Of a DNA stretch of 64,000 nt, positions 40,711 through 53,400 are shown one piece after another (the stretch's first letter is position 1; each line of letters starts with the position of its first letter). Made by a program: the position numbers and the translations under genes. Location of the stretch: NCBI RefSeq assembly GCF_009914755.1, contig NC_060946.1; one strand, given 5' to 3'. Source of the stretch: the human T2T-CHM13v2.0 reference genome, Homo sapiens. Below the pieces are notes generated by a model. That model made no database searches. It was not told the origin of the DNA and was given only the letters and a program-made list of their open reading frames with translations.

Positions 40711-42499
40711 GGAGTGGATTGGAGTTGAGAGGAGTGAAGTGGAATGGAATGGAGTGGAATGGAATGGATTGGAATGTAGTGGAGTACAATGGAATGGGAT
40801 AGAATTGATTCATATGGAGTGGAGTGGAGTGGAAAGAAATTTAGTGGAGTGGAGTGGAATGAAAAGGAGTGGAATGGAGAGGAGAAGAGAGGAATGGAAT
40901 GTAATGAAATGGAAAGGAACGCAAGTTAATGGAATGCAGAGGAGAGGAGTGGAGTGGAAAGGATTGGAATTTAATGTAGGGGAGAGCAGTTGTTTGGAAT
41001 GGAATGTAGTGGAATCCAATAGAAAGGAGTGGAATGGAATGTAATGGAGTGGAATGGAATGAAATGGAAAGGAATGGAATGGAATGGGTTGTACTGGAAT
41101 GGAAGCGAGTGGAGTGGAATAGCATAGAATGGAATGGACACTAGTGGATTGGAGTGGGGACGAGTGGAATAGAATGGATTAGAATGGAGTTGAATGGAAT
41201 GGAATTCAATGAAATGGAATGGAATGGAGTGGAATCGAGTGGAGTAGAATGTAATGGAATGGAGAGGACAAGAATGGAAAGGAATTCAATGGAATGGAAT
41301 ACAATGGAATGCAATGGAATGGAATGGAATGGAATGGAATGGAATGGAAAGAAATGGAATTGATGGACTGGACTGGATAGAAATGGAATGTAACGGAATT
41401 TAATGGAGTGTTGTGGAGAGGAATGGAATGGAATGGAAAGGAATGGAATGGAATGGAATGGATTGGAATGGAATGCAGTGGAGTGTAATGGAATGGAATG
41501 GAATAGAGTGCAGTGGAATGGAATGAAGTGGAATGGAATGGAGTGGAATGGAATTGGGTGGAGTGGAGTTGAATGGAATGTAGTGGAATGGAGTGGAGTG
41601 GAATGGAATGGAACAGTGTGGAGTGAAGTGGAATGGGATGGTATGGAATGGAATGGAGTGGAAATCAAAAGAGTGTAGTGGATTGGAATGTAATGCAATT
41701 GCTTTGAGTGGAATGGAAAGGAATGGAAGTGAATGGAGTGCAGTGGAATGGAATGGAATGGGAAATAATGGATTGGAGTGCAGTGGAGTGGAATACAATG
41801 GACTGGATTATAGTGGATTTGAATGGAATGGAACGCAGTGGAGTGGAATCGAATGGAATGTAGTGGGATGGATTGGAATGCAATGGAGTTGAGTTGTGTG
41901 GAGTAGATTGGAACGGTATGTAGTGGAGTGAAGTGGAATGGAATGAGTGGAATGGAATGCAATGGAGTATATTGGAATGCAATGGAATGGAATGAAATGG
42001 AATGAAATGGAATGGAGTGTAATAGAGTGAAGTTGAATGTAATGGAATGGATTGGGGTGGAATGGAATGGAATGCAATGGAAAGCAATGGAATGTAAAGG
42101 AGCACACCGGACTGGAAACGAATGGAGTGGAAAGAAGTGGAATGGTGTGGAGTCGAATGGAAAAGAACAGTGTGGAGTGAAGTGGAATGGAATGGTATGG
42201 AATGGAGAGGAGTGGAAATCAATGGAGTGGAGTGGATTGGAATGTTATGGAATGGAGTTGAGGGGAATGGAATGGAAGGGTATGGAGTGGAGTGGAATCG
42301 AATGCAGTGGGATGGAATGGAGTGGAGTGGAGTTGAATAGAATGGAGTGGAGTGGAATGGAATGGAATGGAGTGGAGTGAAGTGGAATGGAATGAGCGGA
42401 ATGGAATGGAATGGAGTAGACTGGAATGCAATGGAAAGGAATGAAATGAATGGAATGGAATGGAATGGAATGGAATGGAATGGAATGGAGTGGAGTGGA

Positions 42500-45400
42500 A
42501 GGGAATGGAATGAAATGGGGTGATGTCGAATGGAATGGATTGGAAAGGATGGAATGATATGGAATGGAGGGGGGTGGTGTGGAATGGTATGGAGTGGAAT
42601 GAGCTGGAATGGAGTGGAGGGGAATGGAATGGAGTGGAGTGGAATTAAAAGGAACAGAGTGTAGTTTAATGGAATGGAATGGAATGGAAAGGAGTGGAGT
42701 GGAATGGAGTGGAGTGCAATGGAATGCAATGGAGAGGACTGGAGTGGATTGGAGTGGCTTGGAGAGAAATGGAATGGAATGGAATGGAATTGAAGAGAAT
42801 GGAATGGAGTGGAATGGAATGGAATGGAGTGGAGGGGAATGGAATGGAATGGAATGGAAAGGAATGGATTGCAGAGGAGGGGATTGCAGTGGAATGCAAT
42901 GGAGTGGAATGTAGTGGATTTGAAAGGAATGGAACGAAATGGAGTGCAATGGAATGGAATGGAGTGGAGTGGTATCTTATGGATTACAGTGAAATGCAGT
43001 GGAATAAAATGTAATGGAATGGAGTAGAATATACTGGAGCGAAGTGGAGTTGAAAGGAATGGAGTTGAGTGAAGTGGAATTGAATGGAATGGAATGGATT
43101 GGAATGGAATGGTGTGGAGTGGGGAGGAATTGAGTGGAGTGGAGTGAAAACGAATGGATTGGAATGGAATGGAATTGATAGGAATGTAAGGGAGTGGAAC
43201 GGAGTGGAGGGGAGGGGAGAGGAGTGCACTGGAATGGAGTGGAGTGGACAGGAATGGATTGGAATGGAATGGAATGCAATGTAATGCAGTGGAGTAGAAT
43301 GGAGGGGAATGGAGTGGAAAGGAATGGAATGGAAGGGAATGGAGAGGAGGGTAGTGGAATGGAGTGGAACGGAATGGACTGGAGTGGAATGGAATGGAGA
43401 GGAATTGAATGGAAAGGAATTGATTGGAATGGAATGAAGTTGAATAGAATTCAGTCGATTTGAGTGGAGTGGATTGGAGTGGAATTGAGTGGAATGGAGT
43501 GGAGTGGAATGGAATGGAATGGAATGGATAGGACTGGAAAGAAATATAAAGGAATGCAATGTAGTGAAATGGAGTGGAAAGGAGTCCCCTAGGATATAAT
43601 GGAGCGGAATGGAATGGAGTTGAATGGAGTTGTGTCGAGTGGAAAGGAATGGAATGGAATAGAGTGGAATGTAGGGAAAGTGACTGGAGTTGGGTCGAGT
43701 GGAATGTTATTGAATGGAATGGAATAGAATAGAATGGAATAGAGTGGAATGGAGTGGGGTGGAATGGAATGGAGTGGAATAGAATGGAATGGAGAGGAGG
43801 GGAGTGGAATGGAATGGAATGGAGTGGAGAGGTGGAGTGGAATTGAATGGAGTGGAATGGAGGGGAATGGAACGGTGTGGAATCGAGTGGAGGGGAGTGC
43901 AGAGTAATGAAATGGTATGGAATTGAACGGAGTGTAGTGGAATGGAATGGAAGGGAATGGAATGAAGTTAAATGGAATGGAGTGTAGTTGAATGGAATGG
44001 AAAGAACGGAGAGGACGGCAATGGAATGGAATGGAACGGAGAGGAGGGCAATGGAATGGAATGGAACGGAGAGGAGGGCAATGGAATGGAACAGAAAGGA
44101 ACGGAACGGAACGAAACGGAACGGAATGAAATGGAGAGGTGGGAATGGAGTGGATTTGAATGGAGTTGAAAGGAGTGGAGTGAAATGGAATGCATCGGAA
44201 TGGACTGGAATGGAATGGATTGGAATGGAGAGGAGTTTAAAATAGTGGAGTGAAGTGATACGGAAAGGATTGGAATGGAATGGAATGGGATGGACTGGAA
44301 TGGAGTGGAATTGACTGGATAGGAGTGCATTGGAATGGAGTGGAGTGGAGGGGAATGGAACGGAATGGAATGGAATGGAATTGTGTGGGATGGAGAGGAG
44401 CGGAGTGGAAAGGAATGGAACGGAATGGAATGGAGAGGAGGTGAGTGGAGTGGAATGGAATGCAGTGGAATGTAGTGAAGGGGAGTGGATTGGAATGGAA
44501 TGTAGTGGAATGGAATAGAAAGGAGTGGAAAGGAAAGGAATAGAATGGAATGAAATGAAATGGAATGCAATGGAAGGCAGTGGCATAGAGTGGAATGGAA
44601 TTGAGTGTAGTGGAATAGAATGGAAAGAAATGGAATGGAGTGGACTGCAGTGGAGTGGGATTCATTGGATTTGAATGGAGTGGAGGGACAGGAATGGAAT
44701 GGAATGAATGGAATGGAGAGGACGGGAGTGGAATGGAATGGAATAGAGTGGAGTGGAATTGAATGGAGTGGAATGTAGGGGAATGGAATTGTGTGGAATC
44801 GAGTGGAGGGGAGTGCAGAGTAATGAAATGGTACGGAATTGAACGGAGTGTAGTGGAATGTAATGGAAGGGAATGGAATGAAGTTAAATGGAATGGAGTG
44901 TAGTGGAATGGAATGGAACGATTGGAGAGGAGGGCAATTGAATGGAATGGAATGGAGAGGTGGGCAATGAAATGGAATGGAACGGAGAGGAGGGCAATGG
45001 AAAGGAATGGAATGGAATGGATTGGAACGGAATGCAGAGGAGGGGATTGAAGTGCTATTCAATGGAGAGGAATGGAGCAGAGTTGAAAAGAATGGAACGG
45101 AATGGAGAGGAATGGATAGGAATGGAGTGGAGTGGTATATAATGGAACGGATTGGAATGGAATGGAATGGAATGCAATGCAATAGAAAGGAGTAGAATAT
45201 AGTGGAGAGGAGTGGAGTTGAATGGAAAGAAGTTCAGTGATCTGGATTTGAATGGAATGGAATAGATTGGAATGGAATTGAGTGGAGTGGAGTGGAAATG
45301 AGTGCAGTGGAGTGAAAAGGAATGGAATGGAATGGAATGCAATGGAATGGATAGGAATGGAATGGAGTGGAATTGAGTCGAGTGGAGAGGAGAGGGTTGG

Positions 45401-46950
45401 ACTGGAATGGATTGGACTGGAGGGGAATGGATTGGAATGCAATGGAGTGGAATGGAATGTAGTGGAGTGGAATTGAGGGGAATGGAATGGAATTGAGAGG
45501 AAGGGAGTGGAATGGAATGGAATGGAATTTAGTGGGGTGGAATGGAATGGAGTGGAATGGAATGGAATGGAATGGAAAGGAATGGAGTGAAGGGGAATTG
45601 TACGGAATGGAGGGTAGTGGTGTGGAATGGAATTTAGTGGAATGGGCTTGAATGGGGTGGGGTGGAATGGAATGGAATGGAATGGAGTGGAGTGGAATGA
45701 TTTGGTATGGAAAGGAATGGATTGGAATGGAGAGGAGTGGAATGAAATGGAATGGAGTGTAGTGTAATAGAATGGAAAGGAATGAAAAGGAGGGGAACGG
45801 AATGGAGTGGTATGGAATGGAATGGAGTGGAGGGGAATGGAATGGAGATGAGTAGAGTGAAATGGATTGGAACAGAATGGAATGGAATAGAATGAAAGGA
45901 GTGGAATGGAATGCAATGGAGTGGAGGTGAATGGAATGGCATGGAATGCAATGGAATGGAATGGAGTGGAGTTGGAAGGAATGGAACGGAATGGAGAGGT
46001 ATGGATTGGAATGGAGTGGAGTGGTATCTAATCGAATGTATTGGAATGGAATAGAATGCAATGCAATGCAACGGAATGGAGTAGAATATAGTGGAGAGGA
46101 GTGGAGTTGAATGGAAAAAAAGTTGAGTGAACTGGAATTCAATGGAATGGAATGGATTCGAATGGAATGGAGTGGAGTGGAGTGGAACTGAGTGCAGTGG
46201 AGTGAAAAGGAATGGATTGGAATGGAATGCAATGGAATGGATAGGAATGGAACGGAGTGGAATGGAGTGGAGTGGAGGGGAGAGGGGTGGACTGGAGTGG
46301 AGTGGATTGGAGGGGAATGGATTGGAATGGAATAGAGTGGAATGGAATGTAGGGGAGTGGAATTGAGGGGAATGGAATGGAATTGAATGGAATTGAGAGG
46401 AAGGGAGTGGAATGGAATAGAATGGAATGGAGTGGAGTGGAATGGAATGGAGTGGAGTTGAAAGGAAAGGAGTGGATTGGAATGGAGTGGAGATTAAAAG
46501 AGGGGAGTGAGGTGATACGGAAAGGATTGGAATGGAACTGAATGGAGTGGAATGGGATGGATTGGAATGGAGTGGAATGGAGAGAACTGGAGTGGATTGC
46601 AATGCAGAGGAGAGGAAAGAGATGGATAGGAAAGGAATGGAATGGTGTGAAGTGGAGTGGGGTGGAAAGGAGTGGAACGGAAGGGAATGGAATGGAAAAG
46701 AAAGGAGGTGAGTGGAGTGGAATGGAATGGAGGGGAATGTAGTGAAGTGGAGTGGATTGGAATGGAATGTAGTGGAATTGAAAGGAAAGGAGAGGAAAGG
46801 AATGGAATAGAATGGAATGGAATGAAATGGAATGCAATGGAATGGAGTGGCGTAGAGTGGAAGGAAATGGAGTGGAGGGGAATAGAATGGAATGAAATGG
46901 AATGGAGAGGAGTGGAGTGGAGTGGAGTGGGATCCATTGGAATGGAATGG
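42500..46950 (+). repeat. Mosaic of ~0.9-kb-scale duplicated blocks
   Basis: CAGAGTAATGAAATGGTA at 43900/44816 (offset 916). GTAGAATATA at 43024/45192/46081. AGTGAAAAGG at 45311/46201 (offset 890). AATTGAGGGG at 45471/46361 (offset 890). GTGATACGGAAAGGATTGG at 44255/46512 (offset 2257). Confidence 0.8.
44004..44090 (+). repeat. 30-bp unit x3 (GAACGGAGAGGAGGGCAATGGAATGGAATG)
   Basis: ACGGAGAGGA(C/G)GGCAATGG occurs three times at 30-bp spacing, followed by a GGAAC-rich run (~44095-44125). A related triplet lies at ~44925-45000. Confidence 0.85.
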
Positions 46951-49260
46951 AATGGAGTGGAGTGAAATGGAATGGAATTCATTGGAATAGAATGGAATGG
47001 AATGGAATGGATTGGATTGGAATGTAAAGGAAGGTAGTGGATATGAATGAAATAGAGTGGAATGGCGTGGAAAGGAGTGGAGAGGAATGCATTGGAATGG
47101 AATGGAGTGGAGTGGAGAAGAGTGGAATGGAACGGAATGGAGTGTGGAACGGAATGGAATGGAGTGGAGTGGAAAGGAGTGGAACGGCATGGGATGGAGT
47201 GTATTGGAATGGAATAGAATGGAATGGAGTGTAGTGGAATGGAAAGGAGTGGAGTGGAAGGGAATGGAATGGAATAGAATGGAAAGGAATGGATTGGAAT
47301 GGAATGGAATGGAAAGGACTGGGTAGGAGGGGACTTGGATGGAATGGAATGGAATGGAATGGAGTGGAATGGAATGGAGTGGAACGGAATGGACCGGAAT
47401 GAAGTGGAATGGAATAGAGCAGAATAGATTGGAGTTGAATGAAATGGAATGGATTGCGGTGGAATTGAATGGAATGGAACGGAATGGAGTGGAGAGAAAT
47501 GGAGTGGTATGGAACGGAGTGGAAGGGAATAGAATGCAAAGGAATCGAAGAGAATACATTGGAAAGGAATGGAATGTGATGGAATTCAGTGGAATGTAAA
47601 GGAGTGGTGTGGTGTGGAGTGGAATGTAATGGACTGGAATCGAGTGGAATGGAATGGAATGGCATGGAATGTAAAGGGAGGGGAGTGGAGTTCAACGGAA
47701 TGGAGTGGAATACAGTGGCCTGGAGTGGACTGGAGCGAAATGGAGTGAAATGCAGAGGAATGGAGTGGGGTGGAATGGAATGGAATGGAATGGAGTGGAG
47801 TGGAGTGGAATGGAATGGAGTGGAGTGGAGTGGAATGGAATGGAATGGAGTGGAATGGAATGAAATGGAATGGAAACTTTTAAAGTGGAATGGAGTGGAG
47901 TGGAGTGGAGTGGAGTGGAATGGAGTGGAGTGGAATGGAATGGAACGGAATGGAATGAAATGGAATGGAGTTGAATGGAATGGAGTTGAAAGAAATGACA
48001 TGGAATGGAGAGGAAAGGAATGAAGTTGAAGATAATGGAGTGGAATAGAATGGAGTGGAATGGTGTGGAGTGGAATGGAATGCAATGGAGTGGAATGTAG
48101 TGGAGTGGAATGGAATGGCTTGTAGTGGAATGGAACGGAATAGAATGGAACGGACTGGAGGGGAAAGGAGTGGAATGAAGTGGAGAGGAATGGAATGGAG
48201 TGGATGGAATGGAGTGGAATAGAATTAAGTGGAGTGGAATGGAGTTGAGTGGAGTGGAATGGAATTAAATGGAATGGAGTGGATTGGAGGGGAGAGGAGT
48301 GGGTTCGGTTGGATGGTAATGGAATGGAATGGAATACATTTGATTGGATTGGAATGGAGTGGAATGGATTGGAATGGAGTGGAGTGGAATGGAATGGAAT
48401 GGAATGGAATGGATTCGAATCGAATGGAATGCAGTGGAATGGAACGGAAAGGAATGGTGTGGAATGGAATCGAATGGAATGGAAATGAGGATAGTGGAGT
48501 CAAATAGAATGGAGTGGAATGGAGTGGAGTGGAATAGAATGGATTGGAATGGAGTGTAATAGAATGGAATGGAGTGGACAGGATTGCAGTAGTGTGGAGT
48601 GGAGTGGAATGGAATGGTGTGGAGTGGATTGGAATGGAGTGGAGTGGAATGGAGAGGAGTGGCATGGAATGGAACAGAGTGTATTGGAATGGAACAGAAT
48701 GGAATGGAATGGAATGAAATGGAGTTGAATGAATGAATAAATGAATGAATTAATGGAATGGAGTGGAGTGGAGTGGCATGGAATTAAACGAAGTGGAATG
48801 AAATGGAATGGAATTGAATGGAAAGGAATGGTTTGGATTGGAAGGGAATTGAATGGAGTGGAGTGGAGTGGGCTCGAGTGGATGGTAACTGAATGGAATG
48901 GAATGGAATGGGGTAGAATGGAGTGGAATGGAGAGGAATGAATTTGAATGGAGTGGAACGGAATGGAATGGAAGGGAATGGAATGGAATGGAATATAAAG
49001 GAGAGGAGTAGATTGGAAAGGATTGGAGTGAAACGGAATAGAACGGAATGCAGAGGAATGAAAAGGAATGGAATGGAATAGAATGGAAAGGAGGGGAGTG
49101 GAGTGGAATGGAATGGAGTGGAATGGAATGGAATGAAGTGGAGGTGAATGGAAAGGGGAATGGAATGGCATGTAATGGAATGGAAAGGAATGGAATAGAG
49201 AGGAGGGGAGAGGATTGGAAAGGAATGGAGTGGAATGGAGTGGAGCAGAGTGGATTGGAA

Positions 49261-50430
49261 ACAAATGGAGTGGCACGGAAGGGAGTGGAGTGCAATGGAA
49301 TGGAATGCAATGGTATTGGATCGAGTGGAATGGAGTGGAATAGAGTGGAGTGGAGCGGAATGAAATGGAGTGGAGTGGAGAGGAATGGAATGTAATGAAA
49401 TGTAATGGACTGGAATGTAATGTAAAGGAATGGATAGGAGGGGAGTCGAGTGGAATGGAATAGAGTGAAATGGAGTGGAGTAGAGTGGATTGTAATGGAA
49501 TGGAATGGAATGGAAAGGTATGGAATGGTATGGAATAGAATGGAATGGAATTGAATGGAAAGGAGGGGAATTGAAAGGATTGGATTAAAGTGGAAAGGAA
49601 AGACGTGGAATGGAATAGAATGGAATGGAGTGGGTTGGAGCAGAATGGAATTTTGTGGAAAAGAATTGAATTGAATGGAATGGAGGGCGGTGGAGTGGAG
49701 TAGGATCGAGTGGAATGGAATGCAATGGAGTCGAGTGGAATGGAATGGAATGAAATGGAATGGAATGGAATGGAGTGGAGCGGAGTAGAATGGAATGGAA
49801 TGGAGAGGAGAGAAAAGCCTGGGATGGAATGGAATGGAATCCACTGGAATGGAATGGAGTGGAATGGAACGGAGGGGAATGCAATTGAATGGAGTGTAGG
49901 GGAATGCAATGGAATGGAGTGGAGGGGAATTGAATGCAATGGAAAGGAATGGAAAGGAATGGAATGGAAAAGATGGGAGTGGATTGGAATGGAATGGAGT
50001 GGAATGGAGTGGAGTGGAATGGAATGAAAAATAAATGGAGTGGCAGGGAAAGGAGTGGAGTGCAATGGAACGGAATGCAATGGAATTGGATGGAGTGGAA
50101 TGGAGTGGAATAGAGTGGAGTGGAACGGAATGGAATGGAGTGGAGTGGAGAGGAATGGAATGGAATGTAATGGAATGGAATGGATTGGAATGTAATGGAA
50201 TGGAATGGAGAATGTGGGAGTGGAGTGGAATGGAATGCAGTGGGATGGAGTGGATTAGAGAGGATTGGAATGTAATATAATGTAGTGAAATGGACAGGAA
50301 TGGAATGGAATGGAACGGAATGGAATGGAAAGGAGTGGAATAGAAAGGAACGGATTAAAATGGAATGGAAAGAAAAGGAATGAATGAAACAGAGTGGGTT
50401 GAAGCGGAAAGGAATTTTGTGTAGTGGAGT
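49261..50430 (+). repeat. ~770-bp diverged tandem duplication
   Basis: A(C/T)AAATGGAGTGGCA at 49261/50031 with colinear downstream sequence, and GGAATTTTGTG at ~49647/50411. Confidence 0.75.
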
Positions 50431-53400
50431 AGAATGGAATGCAATGGAGTGGAGTGAAAAGGCATGGAATGGAATGGAATGGAATCGAATGGAATGGAAT
50501 GCAGTGGAATGGAATGGAGTGGAATGCAATGGAATGGAGTGCATTTGAATGGAATGGATTGGAGTGAAGTGGAATGGAATGGAATGGAATGGAATCTAAT
50601 GGAATGGAGTAAAATGGAAAGTAAACGTGGGGAGTGGAATGGAATGGAATGGAGAGGAATGGAGTGGAATGGATTTTAGTGGAATGTAAAGGAATAGAGT
50701 GGAGAGTAATGGTATGTAGTTTAATTGAAAGGATTGGAATATAATGGAGAAGAGTTGAGTGCAATGTACTGGAATGGAGAGGAGTGGAATGGAGAGGAGT
50801 GGAATGGAATAGAGTGGAATGGAATGTTACGGAGAGTAGTGGAATTGAATGGAATGGAATGACATGGAATGCAATGGAATGGATTGGAGTGGAATGGAGT
50901 CTTAGGAATGTAACGGAGTGTAATTGTATGGAGTGGAAAGGAGAGTAGTGGATTAGAATGTAGTGGATTGGAATGGAATGGAAAGGAATGGATTGGAATA
51001 GAATGTAATGTAATGGAAGAGAATGGAATGGAATGCAATGGAGGGGAATGGAATCGAATGGAAAAGAATGGAATGTAATGGAATGGAATGGAGAGAAATG
51101 GAATGGAGAGGGGGGGAGTGGAGTGGAATGGAATGGAGAGGAATGGAGTTTAGTGGAGTGGAGTGAAGTGGAATGGAAAGGAGTGGAGTGGAATCGAATG
51201 CAATGGAATGGAATGGAATGGAGTGAAGTGGAATGGAGGGTAGTACAGTGGAATGGAATGGAATGGAATGAAATGGGATGGAATGCAATGGAATGGAGAG
51301 GAGTCGCAGTGAAGTGGATTGGAATGGAGTGGAATGTAATGGTGTGTATTGGATTGGAATGGAATGTAGTGGAATTGAATGGAAAGGAGTGGAACGGAAA
51401 AAAATGGAATGAAAAGAATGGAATGTAAGGGGGGGAGTGGAATGGAATTGAGTGGAGTAGAACAGAAAGGAATGGAACAGAAAAGACTGGAGTGGAGAGG
51501 AGTGGCGTCGATTGGAAGAGAACGGAATGGAGTGGGATGTAATGGAATGCAATGGAATGGAAAGGAGTGGGGTGCAGTGGAGTGGAATGTAATGGAAAGG
51601 AATGGAGTGGACTGGAAGGAATGGAAAGGAATGGAATGGAGTGGAGTGGAATGGAATGGCACGGAATGGAATGGAGTTGAATGTAAAGGAATGGAATAGA
51701 AAGGAATGAAATGGAGTGGAGTGGAGTGCCGTCGAGAGGAATGGAATTGAATGGAATGGATTGGAATGGAATGCAATGGAATGGAATGGAGTGGAGTGTA
51801 ACGGAATGGAATGGAGTGGAATGGAATGGAATGGAATGGAATGGAATGGAATGGAGTGGAATGGAATGGCATAGAGTGGAATGGAACGGAGTGGAATGGA
51901 ATGGAGTAGAATGGAGTGGAATCGAGTGGAGTGCAAGGGAGAAGAGAGGATTGGAATGGAATGGATAGTAGTGGAATGGAATGGAATAGAGTGGAGTGGA
52001 ATGGAGTGGTATTTAAAGAAAAGGAGTGTAGTAGAATGGAATGGAATGGAATGGAGTCGAGTGGAATGGAGAGGAATGACCTGTAACGGAATAGAACGGA
52101 ATGGAATGAAATGGATTTGGAGGGAATGGAATGGAATGGAATGGAATGGGATGGAATGCAATGGAATGGAGTGGAGTGGAGTGCCGTGGAATGGAATAGA
52201 GTGGAGCGGAATGGAATGGAATGTAACAGTACAGAGTGGATTGTAATGGAATGTAACGGAAAAGAATGGAATGGAATGGAATGGAATGAAATGGAAAGGA
52301 GTGGAGTTTAATGGAATGGATTGGAATGGAATGTAATGGAATGGAATGGAAATGAGTGGAATGGAGTGGAATGGAAGGGAATGGAATGGAATGCAAAGCA
52401 ATGAAATGCAATGCAGTGGAGTGGAGTGTATTGGAATGGAATTGAGTGCAGAGAAGTGCAACGGAATTGAAATGGATAGATTGGAATGGAATGGAGTGGA
52501 CCGGAGTGGAATGGAATGGAGTAGAATAAAGTGAGGTGGAGTGGAGTTGAGTGAAATGGAATGGAATGGATTAGAGTGGAATGGATTGGAGTAGAATGGA
52601 GTGGAATGGAATGCAGTGGAATGGAATGAAATGGAATATAATGGAGAGGAGTTTAGTGGAGTGCAATGGAATGGAAAGGAGTCGAACGGAATCAAATTCA
52701 ATTTAAAGGAATGGAATGGAATGGAGGGGCATGGAGTGGAGTGGAATGGAATGAAATGTGTGGAGTGGAATGGAATGGAAATGATTGGAATGGAATGGAG
52801 TGGAGAAGATTTTATAGGATTGGAATGGAATGAATTGGAGTGGAGTGGAATGGAATGCAGTGGAGTGAAGTAGAAAGGAATGAAATGGAATAGAATGGAG
52901 TGGAGTGGACTGGAAAGTAATGGAGTGGCATGGAATGGAATGGAATGGAATGGAAAGGGGGAGAGTGGAGTGGAATGGAACGGAGTGGAATGTAGTGGAG
53001 TGGAGGAGAATGGAATTGAATGTAGTTGAAAGGAAGTAAAAGGAATGGAATGGAATGGAGTGGAGTCGAAAGGAAAGGAATGGGTTGGAATGGAGTGGAA
53101 TGGAATGGAGAGGAATGGATTGGAATGGCATGGAATTTAATGGAAAGGAATGGAATGGAATAGCATGGAATTAAATGTAATGCAATGGAATGCAAAGGAA
53201 CGGAATGGAATGGAATGGAATGGAGTGGAGTGGAAAGGAAAGGAATGGAATGCAATGGAATAGATTATATTGGAATGGAATGGAATGGAATGGAATGGAG
53301 TGTGGTGGAATGGATTGGAATGGGATGGAATGAAATGGAATGTAAAGGTGGGGAGTGGAATGGAATGGATTGGAGCGAATTGGTGTGGAGTGGAATGGAA

